Source: the human T2T-CHM13v2.0 reference genome, Homo sapiens
Direction: 5' to 3' (one strand)
Length of the DNA stretch: 64,000 bases
Assembly (NCBI RefSeq): GCF_009914755.1
Contig: NC_060936.1
This document shows, piece by piece, positions 41,644-54,256 of this stretch (positions within the stretch are counted from its first letter, which is position 1; each line of letters begins with the position of its first letter). The position numbers were made by a program, and so were the translations under genes. The notes beneath the pieces are model-generated. The model was not told the origin of the DNA. It did not search any database and saw only the letters and a program-made list of their open reading frames with translations.

Positions 41644-43876
41644 TTTATTAGTCTGTTTTCATACTGCTGATACAGACATACCTGATACTGGGAAGAAAAA
41701 GAAATGATGTTTAATTGGACTTACAGTTATGCATGGCTGGGGAGGCTTCAGAATCATGGTAGGAGGTGAAAGTCACTTCTTACATGGTAGCAGCAAGAGA
41801 AAATGAGGAAGAAGTAAAAGAAGAAACCCCTGATAAACCCATCAGACATCTCACTATCATGAGAATAGCACAAGAAAGACCAGCCCCCCACGACTCAATT
41901 ACCTCCCCCTGAGTCCCTCCCACAACACGTGGGAATTCTAGGAGATACAATTCAAGTTGAGATTTGGGTGGGGACATAGTCAAACCATATCATTCTGCCC
42001 CTGACCCCTCCAAATTTCATGTCCTCACATTTCAAAACCAATCATTCCTTCCCAACAGTCCCCCAAAGTCTTAACTCATTTCAGCATTAACCCAAAAATC
42101 TGCAGCCCAAAGTCTCATCTGAGACAAGGCAAGTCTTTTCCACCTATGAGCATGTAAAATCAAAAGCAAGTTAGTTACTTCCTAGATACAATGGGGGTAC
42201 AGGCATTGGGTAAATACAGCCATTCCAAATGGGAGAAATTGGCCAAAACAAAGGGGTTGCAGGGCCCATGCAAGTCTGAAATCCAGTGAGACAGTCAAAT
42301 TTTTAAAGCTCCAAAATGATCTCTTTTGACTGCAGATATCACATCCAGGTCACGCTGATGCAAGACATTAGTCCCCACGGTCTTGGGAAGCTCCACCCCT
42401 GGGGCTTTGCAGGGTACAGCCTCCCTCCTGGCTGCTTTCACCTGCTGGTGTTGAGTGTCTGTGGCTTTTCCATCACACAGTGCAAGCTGTCAGTGGATCT
42501 ATCATTCTGGGGTCTGGATGACGGTGGGCCTCTTCTCACAGCTCCCCTAGATGATGTCCCAGTAGGGACTCTATGTGGGGGCTCTGATCCCACATTTCCC
42601 TTCCCCACTGCCCTAGCCAAGGTTCTCCATGAGCGCCCTGCTCTTACAGCAAACTTTTGCCTGGGCATTCTGGTTTTTCCATACATCTTCTGAAATCTAG
42701 ATGGAGGTTCCAAACCTCAATTCTTGACTTCTGTGTACTCACAGGCTCATGTGAAAGTTTCAAAGGCTTAGGGCTTCCACCCTCTGAAGTCACAGCCTGA
42801 GCTCTACATTGGCCCCTTTCAGCCATGGCTGGAGCTGCTGGGACACAGTGCATCAAGTCCCTAGACTGCACAAAGCCCCTGGGCCCAGCCTACGAAACCA
42901 CTTTTTCCTCCTAGGGCTCCAGGCCTGTGATGGGAGGGGCTGCTATGGAGGTTGCTTACATGGCCTGGAGACATTTTCCCCATGGTCTTGGGGATTAACA
43001 TTAGGCTCTTTGGTACTTGTGCAAATTTCTGCAGCCAGCTTGAGTTTTTCTTTTCTACTGCATCGTCAGGCTGCAAGTTTTCTGAACTTTTATGCTGTTT
43101 CCCTTTTAAAATGGAATGCTTTTAATAGCATCCAAGTCTCCTTTTGAATGTTTTGCTGCTTAGAAATTGCTTCTGCCAGATACCTTAAATCATTTCTCTC
43201 AAGTTCAAAGTATTACAATTTTCTAGGGCAGGGGCAAAATGTGCCAGTCTCTTTGCTAAAACATATCAAGGGTAACCTTTGCTCCAGTTCCCAGCAAGTT
43301 TCTCATCTCCATCTGAGACTACCTCAGCCTGGACCTTCTTGTTCATATCACTATCAGCACTTTCGTCAAAGCCATTCAACAGGCCTCTAGGAAGTTCCAA
43401 ACTTTCCCATATTTTTCTGTCTTCTTCTGAACCCTCCAAACTGTTCCAACCTCTGCCTATTACGCTGTTCCAAAGTTACTTCCACATTTTTGGGTATCTT
43501 TTCAGCATCACCCTACTCTGCTGGTACCAATTTGCTGTATTAGTCTGTTTTCATGCTGCTGATAAAGACATACCCGAGACTGGGAAGAAAAAGAGAAAAG
43601 AGGTTTAATTGGACTGTCAGTTCCACGCGGCTGGGGAGGCCTCCGCCTCGTGGCAGGAGATGAAAGGCACTTCTTACATGGCAATGGCAAGAGAAAATGA
43701 GGAAGAAGCAAAAGCACAAACCCCTGATAAACCCATCAGATCTCACGAGATAGGAGGGGAAAGAGCAGCCCCCATGATTCAATTACCTCCCTCCAAGTCC
43801 CTCCCATAACACATGGGAAATCTGGGAGATACAATTGAAGTTGAGATTTGGGTGAGGACACAGCCAAACCGTATCA
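41644..43876 (-). mobile_element. full-length THE1A-like MaLR provirus (3' LTR 41644-41992, internal 41993-43535, 5' LTR 43536-43876)
   Basis: Two ~345 bp direct LTRs, purine tract next to the left LTR on the minus strand, perfect 5-bp TSD ATCAC at 41639-41643 and 43877-43881. Confidence 0.94.
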
Positions 43877-44225
43877 ATCACTTTGGGTAGAATGAACCGT
43901 TTAATAATATTAAGTCTCCAATTCTTGGATGCAGAATGTTTTCATTTATTTATGTCTTCTTTAATTTTTTTATCAATGTTTTATTGCTTTCAGTGTGCTA
44001 ACCTTTTACCTCTTAGATTAAATTTATCCCTAAGTATTTTATTCTCTTTGATGCTATTGAAAATGCGATTGTTTTATTAATGTCCTTGTCAAATAGTTTG
44101 TTGTTAGTGTAAAAAACACAACCGATTTTTGTATGTTGATTTTGTACTGCAGTTTACTGAATTCATTCATTAGTTCTAACAGTTCGTTTGTTGAGGCTTT
44201 AAGGTTTTCTACACATAAAATATGG

Positions 44226-44490
44226 CATGTTCTCACATATAAATGGGAGCTAAATGATGAGAACTCATGGACACATAGGGTGGAACAACACACACTGGAG
44301 CCTTTTGCAGGGTGGTGGGAGAGGATCAGGAAAAACAACTAAAGGGTACTAGGCTTCATACCTGGGTGATGAAACAATCTGTATAACAAACCCCTATGGC
44401 ACAAGTTTACCTATGTAGTGAACCTACACTTGTACCCCTGAACTTAAAGGTTAAAAAAAAACTATAGAAATAAATTTAAAAATTAAAAAA
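44226..44490 (+). mobile_element. short L1PA (L1PA13-like) 3' end
   Basis: 'gggagctaaatgatgagaactcatggacac...gagaggatcaggaaaaacaact...cccctgaacttaaaggtt' with A-rich tail. Confidence 0.87.
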
Positions 44491-44896
44491 ATCATGTTAT
44501 CTGCAAAATGGCCAACAGGTATATGAAACGTGTTCAATATCACTAATTATCAGAGAAATGAAAATCAAAATTACAATATCACCTCACACCTATTAGTATG
44601 GTTATTACCAAAAAACAAAAGGTAAGTGTTGGTGAGAATATGGAGAAATTGAGACCCTTGTACGCTGTTGTGGGAATGTAATATGGTACAGCCACTATGA
44701 AAACAATATGGAGTTTCCTCAAAAAATTAAAAATAGAACTACCATATGATCCAGCAATCCCAGTTCTGAGTATATATCAAAAAGAATTGAAACCAGGACC
44801 TCGAAGAGATCTGCCCTTCTATCTTCATTGCAGCATTATGTACAATAGTCAAATATAGAAACAAACTAACTGCACACTGACAGATGAATAAAGAAA

Positions 44897-45022
44897 ATAT
44901 ATATATCACATTTTCTTTATGTATATGTGTATGTGTGTGAATATATATGTGTGTGTGTATATATATATACACATATATATACATATATATACATATATAT
45001 ATATACATATATATATATACAT
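44897..45022. repeat. (TA)/(TG)/(TACA) microsatellite within L1
   Basis: Direct reading. Confidence 0.9.
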
Positions 45023-45175
45023 AAAATGGAAAATTATTCAGTCTTAAAAAAGAAAGAAATCCTGCCATATGCAACAACATGAATGCATCTGGGGGACCCT
45101 ATGCTAAGTAAAACAAGCCAGTGACTGAAGGACATGATTCCATTTGTATAAGCCATCTAAAATAGCTAAACTCAG

Positions 45176-46499
45176 TTACTGTCTTCAAGCTGCTGCTGCT
45201 TCTGTGATGAAGGAAGCCTTTGGTGAAAGAATGGTGCATGAAAAATATGAATAGAAACTTGGTACTATTATCACTCCAGATACATGGAAAGAGGCTACAA
45301 ATATACCACAGAAATTGGTAGAGAAAAGCTAAATAAAAATAAAAATTTTACTTAAAAAAAGTAAGAGTTAATCCAAATGGAAAGAATAAGTTTCCCACTT
45401 ATAGAATTTGTATAAGTTCTGGGTACCAACCAGCTTCTCATTACCATCACGGCTGTGCCCACAAAAAGGGAATTTTTATAGTATATGGAAAAAGGTTTTT
45501 GTATTAAAAAAAACTACAAACAAATGTCTATTTAGATGTGTTATGACATTTTTTACTTTCTATAATTTTAATTTGTCCTTTAATAATATTAAGCACAAAT
45601 ACTGTACTGTATTGCTGCACAGTAGAGCACCTATAATTATACTACTGTACTATATTATGCAATTTAATAATTAAGAAGGTAGAACTCATGTTAAATTTTT
45701 AAGACATAACACAGATGTTTAAGTTACAAAATCACGTTTTAAAACATGTAAGTTTAAACCAGGAAAGTTGACCAATATTCTGTCTTTCACTCTCAAAAAT
45801 TCTGAATAGCAACAATGTAACTAGTCTTCATCCTTAAGTAGTTATTTTCCTCACAGGCATTTTATTGAACTGTAATATACGGCAAATTTAATGAAAAATA
45901 ACTTCCAAGTTTTTATGTACTTTTTATTTAATGTTATCCATATAATTCCTATCCACTCTCTCTATTTATAGATACTGCAAAAGTGAGGAGATTATTGACA
46001 TTTTGCTCTCAACTTAGCATTCAGATTTATAATTCTTCCCTCATTCCTTATTCATTGTATAGCTTTTAGAATCAGCAGACCCTTAATTAATTGCAGTTTC
46101 ACAGGGTATTTAAATGTTTGAAGCCAATATTGCTGAATGGTGCCTTAGTAATTAGCGTAGATCCAAATCACAGACAAATTGGATTTGTGATTTTAAAATT
46201 TGTTCTGAAGCTGAAGTGCCAATTCCTTTCATATAAGAACAAGAACACAAAGAACACCCTGTGTTCTTTCCTGAATCCAGTGAATACACTGGATTTCAGA
46301 AAAACACATATTAAACACATTACCTTGAATTCAAACCATCCTGAAAGCAAGGATAAGTGTTCATCCATGATAATGTGAAAAGGAAATGAATCACCAATCT
46401 TTGGGAAAAGTCTTTGGAGTACAAACCCAATTTTTGTTTTTACCTCCTCCTCTCCTATCAAAAAAATAAACAGAACAAAGCAAAAAAAAATCTAAAATG
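45176..46499 (+). pseudogene. CRIPT: processed pseudogene of CRIPT (cysteine-rich PDZ-binding protein); CDS-homologous region 45231-45535
   Basis: From ATG 45231: MVHEKYE*KLGTIITPDTWKE..., later PNGKNKFPTYRICISSGYQPASHYHHGCAHKKGI and ...NYKQMSI*, versus remembered CRIPT MVCEKCEKKLGTVITPDTWKD...PYGKNKFSTCRICKSSVHQPGSHYCQGCAYKKGI...NYKQTSV*. Intronless, decayed A tail 46460-46499, TSD AAATAGCTAAACTCAG (45160-45175) / AAATATTCAAACTCAG (46500-46515). Symbol is the parent gene. Confidence 0.92.
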
Positions 46500-46929
46500 A
46501 AATATTCAAACTCAGAAGTAGAACACAGCATGATAGTTTCGAGGCTGGGTGGAAATGGGGAGTTGTTCTTCAATAAAGTTTCAGTTATGCAAGTGAATAA
46601 GTTCTAAATATCTGCTGTACAATATAGTGACTATAATTAGAATACTGCACTATATTGTGCACTTTAATAATAACTTAAGAAGGTAGAACTCATGTTGAGT
46701 TCTGTTACCACATACACATGCATATACAAAACAAAACAAGGGGCAGGAGGAAATTTTTGGAGGTAATAGATATGCTTATTCCCTTGATTATGGTGGTGGT
46801 TTCACAATATATGTGCAAGTCCTAACTCATCAAATTTTATACATTATATATGTGCAGTTTTTAACATATAAATTATACCTCAGTAAAGCTGTTTTTTAAA
46901 ACCATCAATTTAATAAAAACAAAAATGAT

Positions 46930-47200
46930 GAGCCAAAGAAAACATGATGATATCCAAGGAAAATGTAATGGACTTTGGATGGAATCCTGGTAAAGAAAAA
47001 AACACTAGGTAAAACCTAAGAAAATCTAAATAATGTATGGACTTTAGTTACTAATAATGTATCAATATGGGTTCACTAATTGTAACAAATGTATCATGAT
47101 AATGTACAATGTTAAAGGTAGGGGAAACTGGGAGCAAGATATATGTACTAAATTAGCAATATGTCTGTAAATATAAAATTGTTCTAAAATATTAATTTCA
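46930..47200 (+). mobile_element. L1MC/L1MD 3' UTR, right part
   Basis: 'ggatggaatcctgg...tatggactttagttactaataatgtatcaatatgggttcactaattgtaacaaatg...ggggaaactgg'; continues the element broken at 40808. Confidence 0.75.
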
Positions 47201-47849
47201 AAAATTATAAAATTAACACATATTAAAAATCATCGGCACAATAATGTTCTAGAAAAGAGTAAGGTATGAGGACATTTAAAGTAGGTATACCTTAATTAAG
47301 GTTCATGGGATCCTTAATTTTTCAAGGATTAATGGTTATTACTAAGATTGTTTTTAGGACCACTTAGAAGAATAAGCTAGTACGTAAGAGGAAGAAACTA
47401 TTGCAATTCACAGGCATGTAAATATAGAAGAAACCTAGTCAAAAACTTGCAGGCATTTGCAGTACTGTAAGATAAAATCACTTTTTTCCAATTTTTGAAA
47501 AAAATGGTTTAGTCTTCAAGCTTCTCTATTTTTCAGTTTAATTAATTGATTTAGAGAAATTTTGACAGTGTCTATTGTATTTTTTTCTCCTTAAATATTT
47601 TTTCATAAAGGCAGGGTCATTTTTATGTGCCAAAGAATAACTAATTTTTTTAAAGTTGGTTGTCATAAGTGTCAAATTATATCATTTAAATACTGAATAA
47701 TAAAATAAGGGCTAAATTTAAAGTTAGGTCCAACAAGGAATTTGGTTTGGCGAGTAAACATCTTCTTTTGGCAGAGCTTTTTTTTTCTTTTTTTTTTTTT
47801 TAAAATTAGTGGTTTTCTGTGAAAAGTTGCTTTCATGTATTTTTGAAAG

Positions 47850-48490
47850 AAATAAACTTTTTAGTTTAGAATAGTTTTAGATTTATAAAAATAATTGCAA
47901 GGATAATACAGAGAGTTTCTATGTACCATCACACCTATTAACACTTTCCCCTATTATTAACTTACTAGTGTGGTGTATTTGTCACAATTAATTGCTTTTC
48001 TCATTAGTTTGATGTCACTTGTTCTTGGGAGAAACACCATAGTCACCTGGCTGAGGAAGCGTTTGTCAGTTTCTCTACTATCAAATTACTCTTCCCCCCC
48101 TTCCCATACTGTAGTGTTTAGATGGAAGTCACTATGTACACCAACACTTAAAAAATGGGAAGTTATGCTACACCTGCTTGAGAGCATAGTATCCACATAA
48201 ATTATTATAATTCTTCACAGATTCACAGATTTGTCTATTCTCTCCTAGTTACTTGCTTATTCAGTGTTTTATATCAGAATAGATTCATGGATAATTATTT
48301 TATGCTTTGGTTTATAATCTTGTAATACTTTATTTATTTTGCTATCTAAATTGTTTCAGCTTGGGCCATTGGGAGCTCTTTCAATTGGCCCCTATGCCCC
48401 TTTGACATATCCCCTCTGCATCCTTGTGGGTTTTTTGTGAAAAAATAATTTTCTTACCTTCTGCAACTATAAGATGCTCCAAGCTGTATC
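47850..48490 (-). mobile_element. L1MC-like 3' UTR fragment
   Basis: 'tttagaatagttttagatttata...atacagagagtttc' and 'ttgggccattgggagctctttcaattggcccctatgcccctttgacat'. Confidence 0.72.
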
Positions 48491-49779
48491 TGCAATTTTG
48501 GCCAGATTTCTTTTTTTTAAAGAATAGAATCAGCTTTGTTATTTTCAACAATGAATTAATTTTTAAACTAAATTAATTTTTAGACTAATTTGTGTACAAC
48601 TTAGTACACAAATTTGTGTACTAATCTAATTTGTGTACAAAATTTGTGTACTCTGTAATTTGTGTACGACTACAGGTATTCTTGTACTTATGCATTAACA
48701 TTTCTTAAATTCTGAAAATTAATTATTTAACATCAATGTTATTTAGTTGATTTATTGTTGCCTATGCTGATAGTCAAAAGGGTAATTTGCACAAGAACAC
48801 ATGAACACAACCATGTACATTCAGCTGATTATTTAAATTATGAGGACATAAAATATAAGTATGCCGGTGTTCTAGGAAAAGAAAGGAAAACAATGTTCTA
48901 AGCTGGCACCTCGATTGGAAGCTTTCAGGTTCTACTTCTCTGGAGCCGTCTCTTCAAGTCTGAAGCCACTTGCCTAGAGCCACTTTTATTAGAACTGTTA
49001 CTTACCTTAGGTAGGAGAATCTTAAGTTAAAACCCAACTTCTCATTTTTATAAAATCTGCTGCTTCCAATCTAGCTGTGAAGTCTGCTTTGGTGTCAAGC
49101 CAATTCTTGGTCACTGCCTCATAGAGCTTTGGTTCCTAGAACTTTGTCCTTAGTCTCTGTCTTAACTGTATGCCAAGAAGTCCAATTCCGTCAACACTGG
49201 CCATGCCTACTTAATATTCTTAGTATCACAATCTCCTAGCTTTGATTCAATACTTAGCTGCTTAACTGGGGTTTGACTATCTGCCGAGAGACTTCTCCAT
49301 AACCAAATGTCACGTGACTAAATTTTATTGCATCTTTCATACAGTCCAGTTCTCTCTTTTAAGATTCTTCAAACCAGCTCTCTGCCAATCAACCGTCATT
49401 TACTCTGGAAAACTTGGATTGCCCCAGTATAGGCCACTAGCTCACACCTCCCACCCACAGCTAATCAGATCACACTAAAGGCATTCGTTTATTAAACTTA
49501 AAGCAAACATTTTAACATTAATAGGTGATTCTATAATTCTGACAAGTTTTCAAATGACAGATATAGTGGATGTAGGGCAGAATCCACTTCAGAATCTCCT
49601 TTGCAAATTTCAGCTGTCCCCCTATTTGCACCTCCTAAAACCTAACATTTCTATTGTAGAAAAACACACTGGCACTCTCAACACATAGGATTTGGTAAAA
49701 TAGAACCCTCTCATTCCAAAGGTTACCCTGCCTGGATTTACCTATGTGAATCTGTATAGTTTATCTCACTGGCTATATT

Positions 49780-50075
49780 TCAGAGATGTGGATAATGCCA
49801 AAATAGAGCAAGAGACAGTGATGCAGTCTTTGCTGGGAAAACTCAGACAAATTAAACACCAGCATTTGATTAAATGATAGGTAGATGCAAGGCTTGTTTC
49901 TGCAGCTAAAAATGAAGCCAACACAATGGAAACAGAGACGCAAAAGAATGTGGGTAAAACTGGATGCTGAAGATATCTTTTGAGCCCCATTATCCAATTA
50001 CACTTGAAGCTATTCCTATTCCTTGAACATATGAATACATGAGTTAATACAATTCTTTTTTGTCAGCTTCTGCTA
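49780..50075 (+). mobile_element. old MLT1 (J/K-like) LTR fragment, followed by a MIR fragment (~50087-50210)
   Basis: 'atcttttgagccccattatccaattacacttgaagcta...tacatgagttaatacaattctttttt'. Confidence 0.5.
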
Positions 50076-51949
50076 TTATCAGAAAAGGCAGGTAGCATAG
50101 TGTAAATGTTATAGAAATTAGAATCAGACAAACCTGAATCCGATTTTGCTTCATCTAATTATATGAATTGAGTGAAGTTACTTCACCTTTCTGCAGATGT
50201 AAAATATTCAATTTGCTCTTAATTCTACTTCAATGCAATATATGGTATTCTTGTAAAAATATTGTTTAAGACAGTTTGATTATTAAAGTGATAGTCTTTT
50301 AAAGACAGTTGAAAAATAGGTAATTGAGTAATTGATCTAGACTACAAACTTGAAGCCAAACTAAAAGTTTAATTAGTAATTTAAGTTTGATCTATTAGAC
50401 ATATAAGAGAAGTTTAAATATTTAGGAAGTTTGTTGTTGTTGTTGCTAGAGAACTGAAATATGTTAAAAAGAAATCTAATATAATAACTTTAGAACCTTA
50501 TTGTTTAAAATTTGAAATATGTAATTAAATCTGGAAACAAGACTAACTATTCCTTAAAGCCCCCTTAGAAATCATTATTCAAATCCAATAAATTTATGTA
50601 TAGAATAAAAAATTTGTAGAATGAGTTAAAGGCACAGAAAAATATTTTTTAAGTTTAATGATTTTAATATTTAGTTTTAAACTTGAAAAATAATTCTTCT
50701 AAATTGTCTTTTAATTGTGATTTTATATCAAAATCACCCTCAAGTATATCAAAAACCTTGTGTCAATGTCACTCAATTCACTTACCCATAAATAACCCTT
50801 TAAAAACAGAACTGTTTAATGACAAAGTATGTCTGATGGATCATTTTTCCTTTTGTCTATTTTGTTTATAGGTGATATGTTTGTACAGTAAAAATGAAAA
50901 AAAAACCTGCCTTATGAAATACAATAAAAAATACATCCTTCACTTAATTACTTTTCTCAAAACACAACTTATTTCCACAGCAATGGTGTTATCAGTCACT
51001 TGTGCATCCTCTAGCCTCAAAGACCTTCTGGGCATGTATACCTTTTGCTCATATAAATAGCACTGTATTATACCTTGTTCCACACCTTACCTTTCTTACT
51101 CAACAATATATCTTTTGAGATCCTTCCGTATTATTATGTATGAATAACCTTATCTTTAAAATGGCTGATAGTGTTTTAATATGTGCATTTATCATTATTT
51201 CATAGACCAATTCCCTGTTGATAGCTATTTAGGCTTACTTGTTTTTTCCTATGCTATTACAAACAATGTTTCAATGAATATCTATGTATGTACATAGACA
51301 TTGTACAAAGAATTGTATATCTATTGTACATAGATATTGTCAAATTTTACTCCATAGAAATTATTCCAATTTAGAACCCTACCAAATCCCACAAGATACA
51401 GTTAAGATTGTGTTTTCAAAAAGTTTTAACTGAATTCTCCACTATATGTACTGGTTATCAAAAGGCCTATGTTGTATTTAGTTCATCTAAAAATAACAAA
51501 TTTAATATTAAAAATAGTAATAACTGATAAGGGGTTCCTGTATGTGAAGCATCCTATCATATTACATTTCTGTAAAGTTTATATTACTGTCATATTAATC
51601 CTTTACAATAATAGTCTCACTTTCTTTTTAATAGATAAAAATTAGGGCAATACAGAGGTTCCTAGGGACACATAGCTTGAAACTGGCAAAGGCTGTAGTC
51701 ACTTATTAAGAAGCTATATTTCATTGCTAATAAAATCATTTATTAGTCAGAAATTCTAAGTTATGTAGTAATAATAACTTCCAAATCTCAGCAATATATA
51801 AAAGTTTATTTTCATGTGTGCAGTGCACAGCAGGTCCAGGAGATTCTCTAGGGAAGTTTTCCCTCTGTAATGCTCTGTGTCTCACTTCCACATCAGCATG
51901 CTCTTCCCTAATCACGAAGGCAGGGGAAGAGACTACATCTCATTTTCTT

Positions 51950-52914
<965 letters not shown>

Positions 52915-53058
52915 TCATTTTCTTCAAACGCTGTGGAGACATCATACGGAACAAGGAAATATAAACCCACTGATAATGATGATGGTAATAATGACAATAA
53001 CTAACCTTTTACATAGCATATCTGTGTACAAGTCCCTGTTTTTTGGGCTTTGCACATA

Positions 53059-54256
53059 CAGTCATGCCCGATTTGATGACAGGGGTACTTTGTAAGAAAT
53101 GCGTCAGTAGGCAATTCTGTCTTTGGCAAACATCATAGAGTATTTACACAAACCTACATGGTATAGACTACTACACACCTAGGCTATTGGGTATAGCCCA
53201 TTGCTCCTTGGCCACAAACGTATACAGCATGTTACTGTACTGAATACTGTAGACAATTGTAACACACTGGTAAGTATTTATGTATTTAAACATATCTAAA
53301 TATAGAAAAGGCGTAGTGAAAATACAGCATAAGAGATAAAAATTGACACACCTGTATAGGGCGCTTATCATGAATGGAACTTGCAGGACAGAAAGTTGCT
53401 CTTGGTGAGTCAGTGAGTGAGTGGTGAGTGAATATGAAGGCCTAGAACATTGCTGTACACTACTGCAGACCTTATAAACACTGAACACTTAGGCTACATT
53501 AAATTTGTTTTAAATTTTTTTATTAACCTTAGCTTACTATAACATTTTTCTATAGAAATTTTTTATTTCTTTTTAATTTGTTTTTTCTTTTGTAATAACA
53601 CTTAGCTTAAAACCTAAACATGGTTTATAGAAATAAACAAATGTTTTATTTCCTTATATCCTTCTTCTATAAGCTTTTTTCAATATTGAAGTTTTATTTT
53701 TTATTTTAAAACACTTCTGTAAAATCTAACACACAAACACATTCAACTACCTGAGTTTACACAGGGTCAGAATCATCAGTATCACTGTTTTCCACCTCCA
53801 CATCTCGTCCCATTTGAAGGTCTTCGGGATCAGTAACACACGTGGAGTTGTCATATCCTATGATAACACTGCCTTCTTCTGGAATACCTCCTGAAGGACT
53901 TGTCTGAGGCTATTTTATAGTTAACATTTTTTAATAAGTAAAAGGAATATACTCTAAAATAATGCTAGATGTATAGTATAGTAAATACATAAACCAGTAA
54001 CAGTCATTTATTGTCATTATCAAGCATTGAGTACTGTACACAATTGTGTGTGCTGTACTTTTATATATGACTGATAGTGTAGTAGGTTTACACCCCATCA
54101 CCACAAACATGTGAGTAATGCATTGCCCTATGAGATTAAGACAGCTACAACATCACTAAGTGATAGAAAATTTCTAGCTCCATTATAATAGTATGGGATC
54201 ACTGTAGTGTATTTGTTCTGTCATTGACCAAAATATCATTATCCAGTTCATGACTG
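53059..54256 (+). mobile_element. Tigger3b (Golem)-like DNA transposon, ~1.2 kb
   Basis: Termini CAGTCATG / CATGACTG with TA TSDs; interior 'ctactacacacctaggcta', 'gtgagtcagtgagtgagtggtgagtgaat'. Confidence 0.88.

Larger units (their letters stand above)
40809..46920 (+). mobile_element. L1MA/MB with 5' inversion (minus 40809-~44504, plus ~44505-46920), hosting THE1A, an L1PA 3' end and a CRIPT retrocopy
   Basis: Antisense ORF2 at 40809-41643 and 43877-44222 is contiguous across THE1; sense ORF2 end and 3' UTR at 44505-45175 and 46500-46920. Confidence 0.82.

Noticed and set aside
42316-43809. Dense ORF cluster
   Set aside because: THE1 internal and LTR sequence with fragmented frames.
51281-51341. 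Short repeated and quasi-palindromic TGTACATAGA(C/T)ATTGT
   Set aside because: Possibly another template-switch scar, but short, imperfect and within a decayed L1-like fragment.
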